64,000 nucleotides of DNA from an uncultured Alphaproteobacteria bacterium (GTDB taxonomy: Bacteria > Pseudomonadota > Alphaproteobacteria > Rhizobiales > Rhizobiaceae): assembly GCA_963710935.1 (NCBI GenBank), contig CAVQCL010000028.1, positions 51,815-115,814 of the forward strand, given 5' to 3'. Below are positions 1-13,295 of the stretch, piece by piece (position 1 is the stretch's first letter; the number at the start of each line of letters is the position of its first letter). The notes below the pieces were generated by a model. It did not search any database. It was not told the origin of the DNA and worked only from the letters and a program-made list of their open reading frames with translations. A program made the position numbers and the translations under genes.

Positions 1-303
1 CAGCATGTCGCATGCTGGCGCAGAAGGGCTCGCTGTTCGCCACGCGGCCGACGCTGTTCGTCTACAATCGCCAAGCGCGAGGACCTCGAAGCGTCGGCCG
101 CGGCGCTGTTCGACGTCGTGCCGAGCGGCAAGGTCGAGATCAAGATCAACCAGCGATATGCGCTGAAGGATGCCGGCAAGGCGCATGCCGATCTCGAAGG
201 CCGCAGGACGACCGGCACGACCGTTCTTGATCCCCTGATTATTGGTCTGACGCCGTCTGGATCGAAAATCTTCAATGTTGCGGCGCACTTTGCGTTGGCC
301 TGA
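1..303 (+). CDS. 3' end of a zinc-type NADPH:quinone oxidoreductase (Qor-like), partial at window edge
   Basis: C-terminal motif run ...KVEIKINQRYALKDAGKAHADLEGRRTTGTTVL is typical of Qor/MDR-family C-termini. The reading frame changes near nt 75. Confidence 0.5.
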   Translation, partial: QHVACWRRRARCSPRGRRCSSTIAKREDLEASAAALFDVVPSGKVEIKINQRYALKDAGKAHADLEGRRTTGTTVLDPLIIGLTPSGSKIFNVAAHFALA

Positions 304-356
304 AACTCCGCTAAGCCTACAGATGCTGTCGGGAACACAGAACATATCCGGCCGAG

Positions 357-1956
357 ATGGGAGGCAGCTGTGAGTGCAGCCTACGGCACGAGGCGCCGAA
401 CCTGCTTGAGGTTCGTGGCCTGACCAAGATCTTCGGCACGCTGACGGCGTGCGATCATGTCGACCTGACCATCGCGCAAGGGCGAGATCCACGCGTTGCT
501 CGGCGAAAACGGCGCCGGCAAGTCGACGCTGGTGAAGATGCTGTTCGGCTCGCTGGAGCCGAATTCGGCGAGATACGCTGGAACGGCGCAGCCGGTACGA
601 TCGCCAGCCCGAGCGTCGCCAAGAAGCTCGGCATCGGCATGGTGTTCCAGCATTTTTCGCTGTTCGAGGCGCTGACCGCGGCCGAGAACATCGCGCTGTC
701 GCTGGATGACGACACGCCGATCGGCACGATCGCGGCCAAGGCGCAGGCGCTCTCTCAAAGCCTACGGCCTGCCGCTCGATCCGGATTCGCTGGTCGGCGA
801 CCTCTCGGTCGGCGAGCGCCAGCGCATCGAGATCATCCGCTGCCTGCTGCAGACGCCGAAGCTCATCATCCTCGACGAGCCGACCTCGGTGCTGACGCCG
901 CAGGAGGCCGACAAGCTGTTCGAGACGCTGGAGCGGCTGCGCTCGCGAGGGCAAATCGATCCTCTACATCTCGCACCGGCTGGAAGAGGTGAAGCGCATC
1001 TGCGACGGCGCCACCGTGCTGCGCCACGGCAAGGTGGTCGGCCATTGCGATCCGCGCAAGGAGACGGCGGCGTCGCTGGCCCGCATGATGGTCGGCAGCG
1101 AGGTGAAGACGGTCGGTGCGCGCGCCGGTCGAAGGCATCGACAAGGCGCGCAGCGAACTGCTCGAGCATCCGCGGCCTGTCGCCGCAAGCCCGCCGACGC
1201 CGTTCTCGATGCCGCTGAAGAACATCTGGCTCGAATGTGCGTGCCGGCGAGGTGCATCGGCATCGCCGGCGTCGCCGGCAACGGCCAGGGCGAGTTCTTC
1301 GAAGCGGTGTCCGGCGAGGCACTGCAGGCAGGACGCCGACGCCGTGCGCATCCGCGGCAAGGATCGGCCGGGCGCGCTGTCGATATCCGGCCGGCGGCTG
1401 CTCGGCGCGGCCTTCGTGCCGGAGGAGCGGCTCGGCCATGGCGCGGCGCCGCGCATGAGGCTTTCGGAAAACCTGCTGCTGTCGCGCCATGCCACCGACG
1501 GCAAGGCCTTCGTCGGCGCCGGCGGCATGGTCAAGACCGGCGCGGTCGACGCGGCCGCGCAGCGCATCATCGAGGCGATGGACGTGCGCAAGAGCGCGCC
1601 GCGATCCGGAAGCGGCAGCGCTGTCCGGCGGCAATCTGCAGAAATTCATCGTCGGCCGCGAACTCGACCGCAGCCCGGCGTGATGGTCGTCAACCAGCCG
1701 ACCTGGGGCGTCGACGCGGGCGCTGCCGCGCAGCATCCGCCAGGCGCTGGTCGAACTCGCGCGCAGCGGCTCGGCGGTGCTGGTGATCAGCCAGGACCTC
1801 GACGAGATGTTCGAGATCTCCGACGCGATCGCGGTCATGCACAATGGCGAGCTGTCGAAGCCGCTGCCGATCGCCGAGGCGACGTTCGAGAAGATCGGCC
1901 TGCTGATGGGCGGCGCCGAGCCTGGCCATGCCGAGCATGCCGTGGAGACGGCCTGA
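357..1956 (+). CDS. ABC transporter ATP-binding protein with two nucleotide-binding domains (BMP/nucleoside-type importer ATPase); multiple frameshifts
   Basis: Walker [10 protein letters not shown], a [11 protein letters not shown] signature followed by ILDEPTSVL, and a second NBD (Q-loop/signature [14 protein letters not shown]). The stop overlaps the next start (TGATG at 1954-1958). The ORF track shows the gene spread over 3 frames. Confidence 0.8.
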
Positions 1957-3085
1957 TGCGCCTCGAACTCGTCAAGCGCCCGCAGCATTCGACGCTGTTC
2001 TCGGCGCTGTCGCCGTTCATCGCGCTCGGCGCTGACGCTGATCGCCGGCGCATCATGTTCGCGCTGCTCGGCAAGAATCCGCTCGAGGCGCTCTACTACT
2101 ATTTCATCGAGCCGCTCCGGGATCTGAGACCAGCAATCGCTGGCAATTGCACGAGCTGGCGATCAAGGCGGCGCCGCTGATCCTGATCGCGGTCGGCCTG
2201 TCGGTCTGCTACCGCTCCAACAACTGGAACATCGGCGCCGAAGGCCAGTTCATCATCGGCGCGATCGCCGGCTCGATCATCCCGGTCGCTGTTTCCCGGC
2301 TTCCAGAACGCTGGATCGTGCTGCCGCTGATGCTGATCATCGGCATGGTGGGCGGCGCGGTCTACGCGGCGATCCCGGCCTTCTGAAGGCGCGCTTCAAC
2401 ACCAACGAGATCCTGACCAGCCTGATGCTGGTCTATGTCGCGCAGCTCTTCCTCGACTGGCTGGTGCGCGGCCCCTGGCGCAATCCCGAGGGCATAGCTT
2501 TCCCGGCACGCGTCCGGTTCCACGACTATGCGCCATCCTGCCGGAGATCTGGCCCGAGGCCGGCCGCGCGCAATCTGGGGTTTCGTCTTTGCGCTGATCG
2601 CCGCGGTCGTGGTCTGGTTCATGCTGCGAAGACGCTGAAGGGCTTTGAGGTCCGGGTGCTCGGCCAGAGCCCGCGGGCAGGGCGCTTCGCCGGCTTCTCG
2701 TCTCGACGCGCATGGTGTTTTTCGCCTTCCTGCTGTCGGGCGCGCTGGCCGGCCTTGCCGGCATCTCCGAAGTGTCCGGCGCCGATCGGCCAGCTGCAAC
2801 GAGAAGATCTCGCCCGGCTACGGCTTCACCGCGATCATCGTGGCCTTCCTCGGCCGGCTCAATCCGCTCGGCATCATCGCCGCCGGCCTGGTGCTGGCGC
2901 TGACCTATCTCGGCGGCGAGGCGGCGCAGATCTCGCTCGGCGTCTCCGACAAGATGGTGCGCGCCTTCCAGGGCATGCTGCTGTTCTTCGTGCTCGCCTG
3001 CGACACGCTGATCCACTACCGCATCCGCTTCATGCCGTCGTTGCCGGTCGCGCGCCACGCTGTCCAGCCGACGTGGAGGCGCCGC
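1956..3085 (+). CDS. ABC transporter permease (BMP-family importer, first permease); frameshifted
   Basis: Polytopic hydrophobic product [25 protein letters not shown]... with the ABC-2/BPD branched-chain-type permease pattern, translationally coupled to the ATPase. Confidence 0.7.
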
Positions 3086-3990
3086 ATGGGCATGTTTGAA
3101 GCGATCCTCATCACCATCACCACCGCGGCGACGCCGCTGCTGATCGCCGCGATCGGCGAACTGGTGGTCGAGCGCTCCGGCGTGCTCAATCTCGGCGTCG
3201 AGGGCATGATGGTCATGGGCGCGGTCGCCGGCTTTGCCGTCGCGCTCACGACCGGCTCGCCCTGGCTCGGCTGCTCGCCGCAATCATCGCCGGCGCGCTG
3301 TTCTCGCTGCTGTTCGGCTTCCTGACGCTGACCTGGTGGCCAACCAGGTGGCGACAGGCCTGGCGCTGACGCTGCTCGGCCTCGGCCTTTCGGGCATGAT
3401 CGGCGAGACCTTCGTCGGCCTGCCGGGCGTCAAGCTGCGGCAATCTCTACATTCCCGGCCTGACCGATCTTCCGCTCGTCGGCAAGCTGCTCTTCGGCCA
3501 GGATCCGATCTTCTATCTCTCGATCGCTGCTGACCTCGGCGTCCTGGTTCCTGTTCCGGACCCGCGCCGGCCTGACCCTGCGCTCGGTCGGCGACAACCA
3601 TGCCTCGGCCCATGCGCTCGGCATCAACGTCATCGGATACCGCTATCTCGCCGTGATGTTCGGCGGCGCCTGCGCGGGCCTGGCCGGCGCGCATCTGTCG
3701 CTCGTCTACACGCCGCAATGGATCGAGAACATGACCGCCGGGCGCGGCTGGATCGCGCTGGCGCTGGTGGTCTTCGCCTCCTGGCGGCCCTGGCGCGTGC
3801 TGGCCGGCGCCTATCTCTTCGGCGCGGTCTCGATCGGCCAGCTGCATGCGCAGGCCCTGGGCGTCGGCGTTCCCTCGCAGTTCCTTTCTGCGCTGCCCTA
3901 TCTGGCGACAATCGTCGTCCTCGTTCTAATCTCGCGCAACAGGCGGCTGACGCTGATCAACACGCCGGCTTCGCTCGGGCGGCCTTCGTG
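3086..3990 (+). CDS. ABC transporter permease (second permease); stop apparently lost by frameshift (reads through into the SBP gene in ORF 3653..5044)
   Basis: MGMFEAILITITTAATPLLIAAIGELVVERSGVLNLGVEGMMVMGAVAGF... is hydrophobic throughout and shows permease periodicity. Confidence 0.65.
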
Positions 3991-4051
3991 CCAGATCGCT
4001 GAAACAAGAACCAACGGGATAGCCCAACCAAACCCACAGAGGGAACTCACC

Positions 4052-5127
4052 ATGAAAAAACTACTGTTCGCACTGGCCGCGGCGGCCGCCGTGCTGGCGT
4101 CGTCGGCGCATGGCCGCGCGCAGGACAAGGTCAAGGTCTGCTTCATCTATGTCGGCCCGATCGGCGACTTCGGCTGGTCCTATCAGCATCACCAGGGCGC
4201 GCTCGAGGTGCAGAAGAACACTCGGCGAGGACAAGGTCGAACCGCCTATCTCGAAAGCGTGCCGGAAGGCGCCGACGCCGAGCGCGCGATCGAGCGCTTC
4301 GCGCGCTCCGGCTGCAAGATCATCTTCACGACCTCGTTCGGCTTCATGGACGCGACCAACGCGGTGGCCGCCAAGTTCCCGGACGTGAAGTTCGAGCACG
4401 CCACCGGCTTCAAGCGCGACAGCCCGAACGTCGCGACCTACAATTCGCGCTTCTATGAAGGCCGCTACATCCAGGGCCTGATCGCCGCCAAGATGTCGAA
4501 GAGCGGCGTCGCCGGCTACATCGCCTCCTTCCCGATCCCGGAAGTGGTGATGGGCATCAACGCCTTCATGCTCGGCGCGCAGTCGGTCAATCCGGACTTC
4601 AAGCTCAAGGTCGTCTGGGTCAACACCTGGTTCGACCCGGGCAAGGAAGCCGACGCCGCCAAGGCGCTGATCGACCAGGGCGTCGACATCATCACCCAGC
4701 ACACCGACTCGACCGCGCCGATGCAGGTCGCCGACGAGCGCGGCATCAAGGCCTTCGGCCAGGCCTCCGACATGATCAAGTTCGGCCCGAAGACGCAGCT
4801 GACCTCGATCGTCGACAATTGGGGTCCGTACTACATCAAGCGCGTCAAGGCGGTGATCGACGGCACCTGGAAGCAGGTCGACGTCTGGGGCGGCATGAAG
4901 GAAGGCCATGTCGTGATGGCGCCCTACACCAACATGCCCGACGACGTGAAGAAGATGGCCGAGGAGACCGAGGCCAAGATCACCGGCGAGACTTCAAGCC
5001 GTTCACCGGCCCGATCACCAAGCAGGACGGCTCGGAATGGCTGAAGGCCGGCGAGGTTGCGGAGGACGGCGACCTGCTCGGCCTGAACTTCTACGTCAAG
5101 GGCGTCGACGACAAGCTGCCGAAATAG
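4052..5127 (+). CDS. BMP-family ABC transporter substrate-binding lipoprotein (nucleoside/purine-binding type)
   Basis: RBS AGAGGGAA precedes the ATG. Signal peptide MKKLLFALAAAAAVLASSAHG, then VKVCFIYVGPIGDFGWSYQHHQGA..., which is characteristic of Bmp/PnrA-family binding proteins. One frameshift near 4985. Confidence 0.85.
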
Positions 5128-5150
5128 TCGCTTTCCGTCGACCAGACGAT

Positions 5151-5180
5151 AAGGGCGTCTGGAAACGGGCGCCCTTTTTC
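5151..5180 (+). terminator. Rho-independent terminator after the BMP ABC operon
   Basis: GC-rich stem AAGGGCG...CGCCCTT followed by TTTTT, immediately after the SBP stop. Confidence 0.45.
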
Positions 5181-5317
5181 CGTGCGTCGAGCATGCAGCT
5201 TCGACCGAAAATCGCTCTGTGTAACATTAGCGTGCCAGGTGACGCGGCGAAAACTCTGCTTAGCTTGCTCTGGTCCTACCAGCATGAGAAGGCTGGAGGA
5301 GGGGAGTGAGAACGTGC

Positions 5318-6063
5318 ATGTCGCTGCTTGAAGTGCGCGGCGTGTCGAAGAGTTTCGGCGCGATCCATGCGCTGTCCGATGTCAGCTTCTCGGTCGACGC
5401 CGGCGAGGTCGTCGGCCTGATGGGCGACAACGGCGCCGGCAAGTCGACCATGGTCAAGCTCATCGCCGGCAATTTTCCGCCGACGCGAAGGCGAGATCGC
5501 CGTCGACGGCGAGGTCTGCCATTTCCACAAGCCGATCGAGGCGCGCGCCGAAGGGCATCGAGGTCGTCTATCAGGACCTGGCGCTGGCCGACAATCTGAC
5601 CGCCGCGCAGAACGTCTTCCTCGGCCGCGAGATCAAGAAGGGCTTCTGGCCGTTCCGCGTGCTCGACAAGCAGGCGATGATCGACCGCGTCGGCCGAGCT
5701 GTTCGCGGAGCTGAAATCGGAGACGCGGCCGCGCGATCTGGTGCAAGAAGATGTCGGGCGGCCAGCGCCAGGCGGTGGCCATCGCCCGCACCCGGCTCTC
5801 CAATGCCAAGCTGGTGCTGATGGACGAGCCGACCGCCGCGATCTCGGTGCGCCAGGTCGCCGAGGTGCTGGAGCTGATCCGGCGGCTGAAGGCGCAGGGC
5901 GTCTCGGTCATGCTGATCAGCCACCGCATGCCCGACGTGTTCGCCGTCTGCGACCGCATCATCGTGCTGCGCCGCGGCACCAAGGTCGCCGACAAGCGAC
6001 ACGCGAGACGACATCGCCGGAGGAGATCACCGGCCTGATCACGGGGGCGATCCGTGCACGCCT
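5318..6063 (+). CDS. Sugar ABC transporter ATP-binding protein (single NBD, RbsA-like family); frameshifted
   Basis: [49 protein letters not shown] (Walker A), [31 protein letters not shown] (signature / Walker B). At least 2 frame changes. Confidence 0.75.
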
Positions 6064-6091
6064 AGACAGCCGACACGCCGAACGACCGGCC

Positions 6092-7160
6092 ATGCCGCGA
6101 TCGGCGATGTCGTCGGCATCGCAGGAGCAGACGCTCTCGCAGCGCGATGCTCGCCAGCCAGCCCTTCTGGGTGACGGTCGCGCTGCTGGTGCTGATCGTC
6201 TTCATGGCATGGCTGGAGCCGATCCTTCGGCACGGTCGACAACGTCACCAACATCACCCGCAATTTCGCGCCCATCGGCATCATGGCGCTCGGCATGACG
6301 GTGGTGATCATCACCGGCGGCATCGATCTCTCGGTCGGCTCGGTCATGGGCCTGGTCGCCATCGTCGCCGGCCTGTTGCTGACCTGGCACTATCCCTGGT
6401 ACGTCGCCTTCGCCGCGGGGCTGCTCGCCGGGCTCGCCTGCGGCGCCTTCAACGGCTTCTTCGTCGCCTATGTCGGCATGCCGTCCTTCGTCGTGACGCT
6501 CGGCATGCTGTCGATCGCGCGCTCGCTGGCGGTCGTGTTGTCCGGCAACCAGATGCTCTACCAGTTCGGCCCGGACGCGCCGATCGTGAAGGCGATCGGC
6601 CAGGCCAAATGGCCGCGTGCACACGCCGGACGGCTGGGCGCCGCACTGGATCCGGAGTTCTCCTCGCATTTCTGGGTGATGGTGATCCTGGCCTTGATCG
6701 TCGGCTTCGTCTTCAACTTCACCGCCTGGGCGCGGCATCTCTTCGCCATCGGCGGCAACGAGCAGGCGGCGCGGCTGACCGGCGTGCCGGTCGACTGGAT
6801 CAAGTTCCAGGCCTACGTGTTCTCGGCCTTCACCGCCTCGATCGCCTCGCTGCTGCTGCTCGGCTACAGCGGCTCGGCCATCAACGCGCATGGGCACCGG
6901 CTACGAGCTGCGCGTCATCGCCGGCGACCGTGATCGGCGGCGCCAACCTGATGGGCGGCTACGGCACGGCCTTCGGCGCGGTCATCGGCTCGGCCTTCCT
7001 CGAGGTCATCCGCAACGCGCTGCTGATGGCGGGCATCGATTCCAACTGGCAGGGCGCCTTCGTCGGCGCCTTCATCATTCTCGCGGTGCTTCTCGGCATG
7101 CAGACCGGCGGCAAGTCGCTGCTCGCGACGCTGCGAGCATCTGTTCGCCTGGAAGCGCGG
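6092..7160 (+). CDS. Sugar ABC transporter permease (RbsC/AraH-like); frameshifted
   Basis: MALGMTVVIITGGIDLSVGSVMGLVAIVAG... is the canonical ribose-type permease motif (TGGIDLSVGS). Product is hydrophobic and spread across 3 frames. Confidence 0.75.
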
Positions 7161-7217
7161 CTAGAAATCCGCCGGCGAGGCCGGCGGACATTCAGTGAAG
7201 AAACAGGGAGGAACGAC

Positions 7218-8225
7218 ATGAAGAAATATCTACTGACGGCCGCCGTCGCGTTCTCGGCGCTGATGGCGCGGCCAGGCCGTACGCCCAGGAGAAATACATC
7301 TTCGCGCTGGTGCCGAAGAACATGAACAACCCGTTCTTCGATCAGGCGCGCGACGGCTGCAAGAAGGCCGAAGCGGAATCCAACGGCGCCTTCGAATGCA
7401 TGTATATCGGCCCCGGCGAGCATGGCGGCGGCGAAGAGCAGGTGCAGATCGTCCAGGATCTGGTCGCCAAGAAGGTCGACGGCATCGCCGTGTCGCCGTC
7501 CAACGCGGCGGCCATGGCGGTCGCGCTGCAGGCGGCCAAGGAAGCCGGCATTCCGGTGCTGACCTGGGACTCCGACCTGCTGCCCGAGAACAAGGACCTG
7601 CGCGTCGCCTATGTCGGCACGCACAACTACGAGATCGGCGTCAACCTCGCCAAGATCGTGCAGGCGATCAAGCCGAAGGGCGGCACGATCTGCATCCAGT
7701 CGGGCGGCGCGGCGGCGGCCAACCACAATGAGCGCATGCAGGGCATCCGCGACACGCTGGCCGGCAAGCAGTCGGCTGCCTCGCCTGGCGATCGCGCTGA
7801 CGGGCCAGAACGGCTGGACGGAAGCCGACGGCTGCCCGCTCTACACCAACGACGACTTCCCGCTGTCGGTGCAGCAGTTCCAGGACTTCATGGCGAAGAT
7901 CCCGACGCTCGACGCCTTCGTGCCGACCGGCGGCTTCCCGCAGTTCGTGCCGGACGCCAACCGCGCGGCGGTCGAGCCCTACAAGGACAAGATCGCCACG
8001 AAGGCGCTGGCGCTGGTCGTCGCCGACACGCTGCCGGTGCAGATGGACCAGATGAAGGAAGGCCTGTCGCTCGGCCAGGTCGGCCAGCGTCCGTTCGAGA
8101 TGGGCTACAAGACGATGTTCTTCCTGAAGGACATGAAGGACGGCAAGGCGGCGCCCGCCGACCCGACCTATACCGGCCTCGACGTCTGCACGCCGGAAAC
8201 CGCCGACACCTGCATCGCCAAGTAG
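7218..8225 (+). CDS. Sugar ABC transporter periplasmic substrate-binding protein (ribose/xylose-binding family)
   Basis: RBS GGGAGGAA precedes the ATG. Signal peptide MKKYLLTAAVAFSALMA, then ...IFALVPKNMNNPFFDQARDGCKKAEAE...VDGIAVSP...IPVLTWDSD, typical of RbsB/ChvE-like SBPs. Two frameshifts. Confidence 0.8.
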
Positions 8226-8244
8226 CGCGGTCTAGACAGCATCT

Positions 8245-8279
8245 GGGGCGGCCGGCGACGGCCGCCCTTTGCTATTTTA
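8245..8279. terminator. Bidirectional hairpin terminator between convergent SBP and GtrA genes
   Basis: GGGGCGGCCG-GCGA-CGGCCGCCC stem followed by TTTGCTATTTT, with A-rich sequence on the other side. Confidence 0.4.
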
Positions 8280-8672
8280 GACGATCTTCGATCGACCAGC
8301 GGGCCGCGAAAAAATTCAGGATGGCCGCGAGGATGACGCCGAGGATTTTTGCCGGCCAGACCCCGATCCAGCCGGCGAGCGCTGCGATGACGCCGCTTGA
8401 AACGCCGAGCGAAATCAGCGCGCCGAGCGACACAAAACGAAGGACGGATTGCGTCGTCGACAACGTCTCTTCGCGCTCGAACGACCAGCGCGAATTGACG
8501 ATGTAGGAGAAGGTGACCGCGACCGCCCAAGCGAGCACATTGGCAACCAGTGGGCGAACGCGACCGGCGAGCAAGCAACGGCGAAGACCGCCATATCGAT
8601 GACGGTGTTCAGCAGTCCGACGATCAGGAATCGCTGGGCCTTGTTGCCGAGCGTGCGGCCTTGTTCGGTCAT
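8272..8672 (-). CDS. GtrA-family membrane protein (putative lipid-linked sugar flippase component)
   Basis: RFLIVGLLNTVIDMAVFAV ... FSYIVNSRWSF ... ILNFFAARWS are the GtrA family hallmarks; the product is ~130 aa with 4 TM segments. Its start overlaps the upstream stop by 4 bp. One frameshift near 8540. Confidence 0.7.
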
Positions 8673-9489
8673 GGCGTTGCGATCACCGCGTCGGCACTAT
8701 CGAGCACGCGCCCGAACGTTTCCGATGCCAGATAGCGCAGTTCGACCGGCCGCGTGTCGGTGAGGATGTCGCGGCTGCGCAGGGTCTGATCGACATGACC
8801 GGGATGGACCATGAGGACAGCTTGATCCGGCAGGGTTCTTACGGCATGCTCGACAGTCGGCGGGAAATCGTCGCCGGTCGTCCAATCGTAGAAACCGGCC
8901 AAGGGACCGAGCACCGGAAATCCGCCCGCCGCCATGCTCTTGTCGAAGCGGCTCGCCAGAGCCCGCACCGTGGCGACCTTGGTGAATGAGGCTTTCGGCG
9001 AATATTTCGCCACCGGCGCGCCACGCAGCCAGGGCAGGGGTGCGCCGTTCGCTTGCTGCCAATGCTTTCAGCCAGCGCCGCACCGGCGGCAGAAAATGCA
9101 CATGTTGGTGCCCGTCGATGTAAAGCGGCGGCTTTCCGAACGAGTCCTCGAAGCGCGCCAATTGCGCATCGAGCTCGGCCTTGATGTCGGTGTCGGCGAT
9201 CTGGCCGGTGGCAATGCCTCTCAGGAGCATCGTCAGGCTCGGCAATCGCCCCTCGCGGGCCAGCGTTGCCGCGCCGCTGAGCGAAGGCTGGTCGGTTAGG
9301 GTGAGATGAATGCCGGCCCTTTCCGCGTGACGTGCTTTCAGTCGCATGGCCTCCTGCGGCCAGTCGGGAAACACTGTCATGCAGCCCGTGCCGGACAGAC
9401 GGCCCTGGTCGAGCAGTTCCAGAATCCCGTCGTCGACCGCCGGCGAAAGCCCGTAGTCGTCGGCAACGATCCAGATGTGCGCGGCTCAT
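8669..9489 (-). CDS. YdjC/ChbG-family carbohydrate deacetylase
   Basis: MSRAHIWIVADDYGLSPAVDDGILELL... N-terminus, and ...LYIDGHQHVHFLPPV metal-binding motif of the YdjC family. 4-bp ATGA overlaps at both ends. One frameshift near 8990. Confidence 0.75.
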
Positions 9490-10503
9490 GTCGCTGGTTT
9501 GCGGCGTACTGGGCGTTTTGCCGGAGCGTCTTCGATGATGACCGCCGCCTCCGGCGCTTCCACGACGTCGCGCACCAGATAGACCGGCCGGTCTTTCACC
9601 TCGCTGACCGCGACCCACAGATATTCGCCGAGCATGCCGAGCAGCGCCAGATTGAACCCGCCCAGCACGACCACGGCAACCAGAATGCTTGGGAAACCAG
9701 GTACGGCGATGCCGTAGAACCAAACCTCGACGATGATCTTGATGCCGTAGAAGATGCCGGCGGCGGCGAGCAGCAATCCGATCAGCGACATGATGCGCAA
9801 GGGCACGACCGTGAACGAGGTAAAGGCCTCGATGCTGAGCGCGATCAGGTTGAAGCGCGACCATTTCGACTTGCCGGCGACGCGCTCGACCGGCGCGTAG
9901 GGCACCGCCTCCTGCCGGAAACCCGCCCAGGCATACAGGCCCTTGTTGAAGCGGCGCTTGTCACGCAGCCGCGTCAGCGCGTTGACCACGGGCCGGCGCA
10001 TGACCCGAAAATCGCCGGAATTCGCGGTGATTTCAAAGCGTTGTGTCCAGTTGATCAGCTTGTAGAAGAGGCGTGCAAGTTGCGTGCGGCGCCAGCCTTC
10101 CTCGCGCCGGTCGGTGCGCACGGCGTGCACAACGTCGATTTCCGGGTTTTCGACCAGCTTGCCGACCATCGCCAACGCCGTTTCCAGCGAGTGCTGCAGG
10201 TCGGCGTCCATCAACATGACGAAATCGCCATCGGCATGATCGAGGCCGGCGAGCAGCGCGACTTCCTTGCCGAAATTGCGGGAGAGCCGCACGATTTTCC
10301 ATTCACCCGACAATGCGGCCTTGGAATCGGGCGGCGCTGTCGTCTGTGCTTCCGTCGTCGACCAGAATGGCTTGGAACGCCAGCCCGAACCGTTCCTCGA
10401 CCGCCCGTGCAAAATCCTGCAGCAGGCTCGCGAAATGCGCCGCCGAAGCGGATTCGTTGTAGAAAGGCGCGACGATGCTGAGTTTCGCCAAGGCAGAGTT
10501 CAC
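9486..10503 (-). CDS. GT2 polyprenyl-phosphate glycosyltransferase (GtrB/ArnC/DPM1-like) with C-terminal membrane anchor
   Basis: SIVAPFYNE...[11 protein letters not shown] (DXD), [13 protein letters not shown], then two C-terminal TM helices ([21 protein letters not shown] / [24 protein letters not shown]). Frameshift near 10320. Confidence 0.8.
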
Positions 10504-10571
10504 GCTATTTGCATTCGGATGCAGTGGTTCTAAACCAAGCCACGATAAATTTCCTATCGGTCGGTCAAGCC

Positions 10572-12685
<2,114 letters not shown>

Positions 12686-12800
12686 AATTCACCCTCGTGA
12701 AACGGCAATGCGCCGGTTTAACCGGCGCATCGTTTCCGTCGGTCCCGCGAACGGGAAATTTATGCTGACCGGGCCCTCAAAATCCCGGTTGGCGATGAGG

Positions 12801-13128
12801 CTAGGCAGCGCCTTTGGCGGCGATGCCCTTTTCCTCGAAGAAGCTCTGCAACTCGCCGGCCTGGAACATCTCGCGGATGATATCGCAGCCGCCGACAAAT
12901 TCGCCCTTCACGTAAAGCTGGGGAATGGTCGGCCAGTTGGAATAGTCCTTGATGCCCTGGCGCAGATCGTTCGAGGTCGAGCACGTTGACGCCCTTATAG
13001 TCGACACCGACATAGTCGAGGATCTGCACGACCTGGCCGGAAAAGCCGCATTGCGGGAAGCCCGGCGTGCCCTTCATGAACACCACCACGTCGTTGCTCT
13101 TCACTTCGGAGGCGATGTAGTCGTTGAT
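12801..13128 (-). CDS. grxD: Grx4-family monothiol glutaredoxin
   Basis: [44 protein letters not shown] (CGFS active site) ... [31 protein letters not shown]. One frameshift near 13010. Confidence 0.85.
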
Positions 13129-13295
13129 TCCGCTCATCTTCGATTCCTTTCGCGCCCGTTGGAGTCGGACGATACCGTTGGCGTTCAAATAAACCCGAAG
13201 CCGTCTCGAAACAAGCTGCTGGATTGCGCCCGCATTGCGCCACAGTGAATTTGAACAACACGCCAAGCCGACAAAAGGTGTTTCCGCCGTTGACG

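Noticed and set aside
762-1988. Long antisense/alternate-frame ORFs. Examples: 762..1988 (- strand, 408 aa), 8839..9864 (-, 341 aa), 16233..17456 (+, 407 aa), 17523..18869 (+, 448 aa), 25929..27128 (+, 399 aa), 26632..28227 (-, 531 aa), and the N-terminal 230 aa of 35821..37095 (-)
   Set aside because: All lie opposite or out of frame to genes with strong family motifs. Their products are Arg/Ala/Gly/Pro-rich low-complexity sequence, which is what stop-poor GC-rich DNA produces. No conserved domain motifs were recognisable.
3653-5044. 463-aa ORF fusing the second ABC permease to the BMP substrate-binding protein
   Set aside because: A read-through artefact. The SBP has its own RBS (AGAGGGAA) and a signal peptide starting at 4052. 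The permease stop has evidently been removed by an indel.
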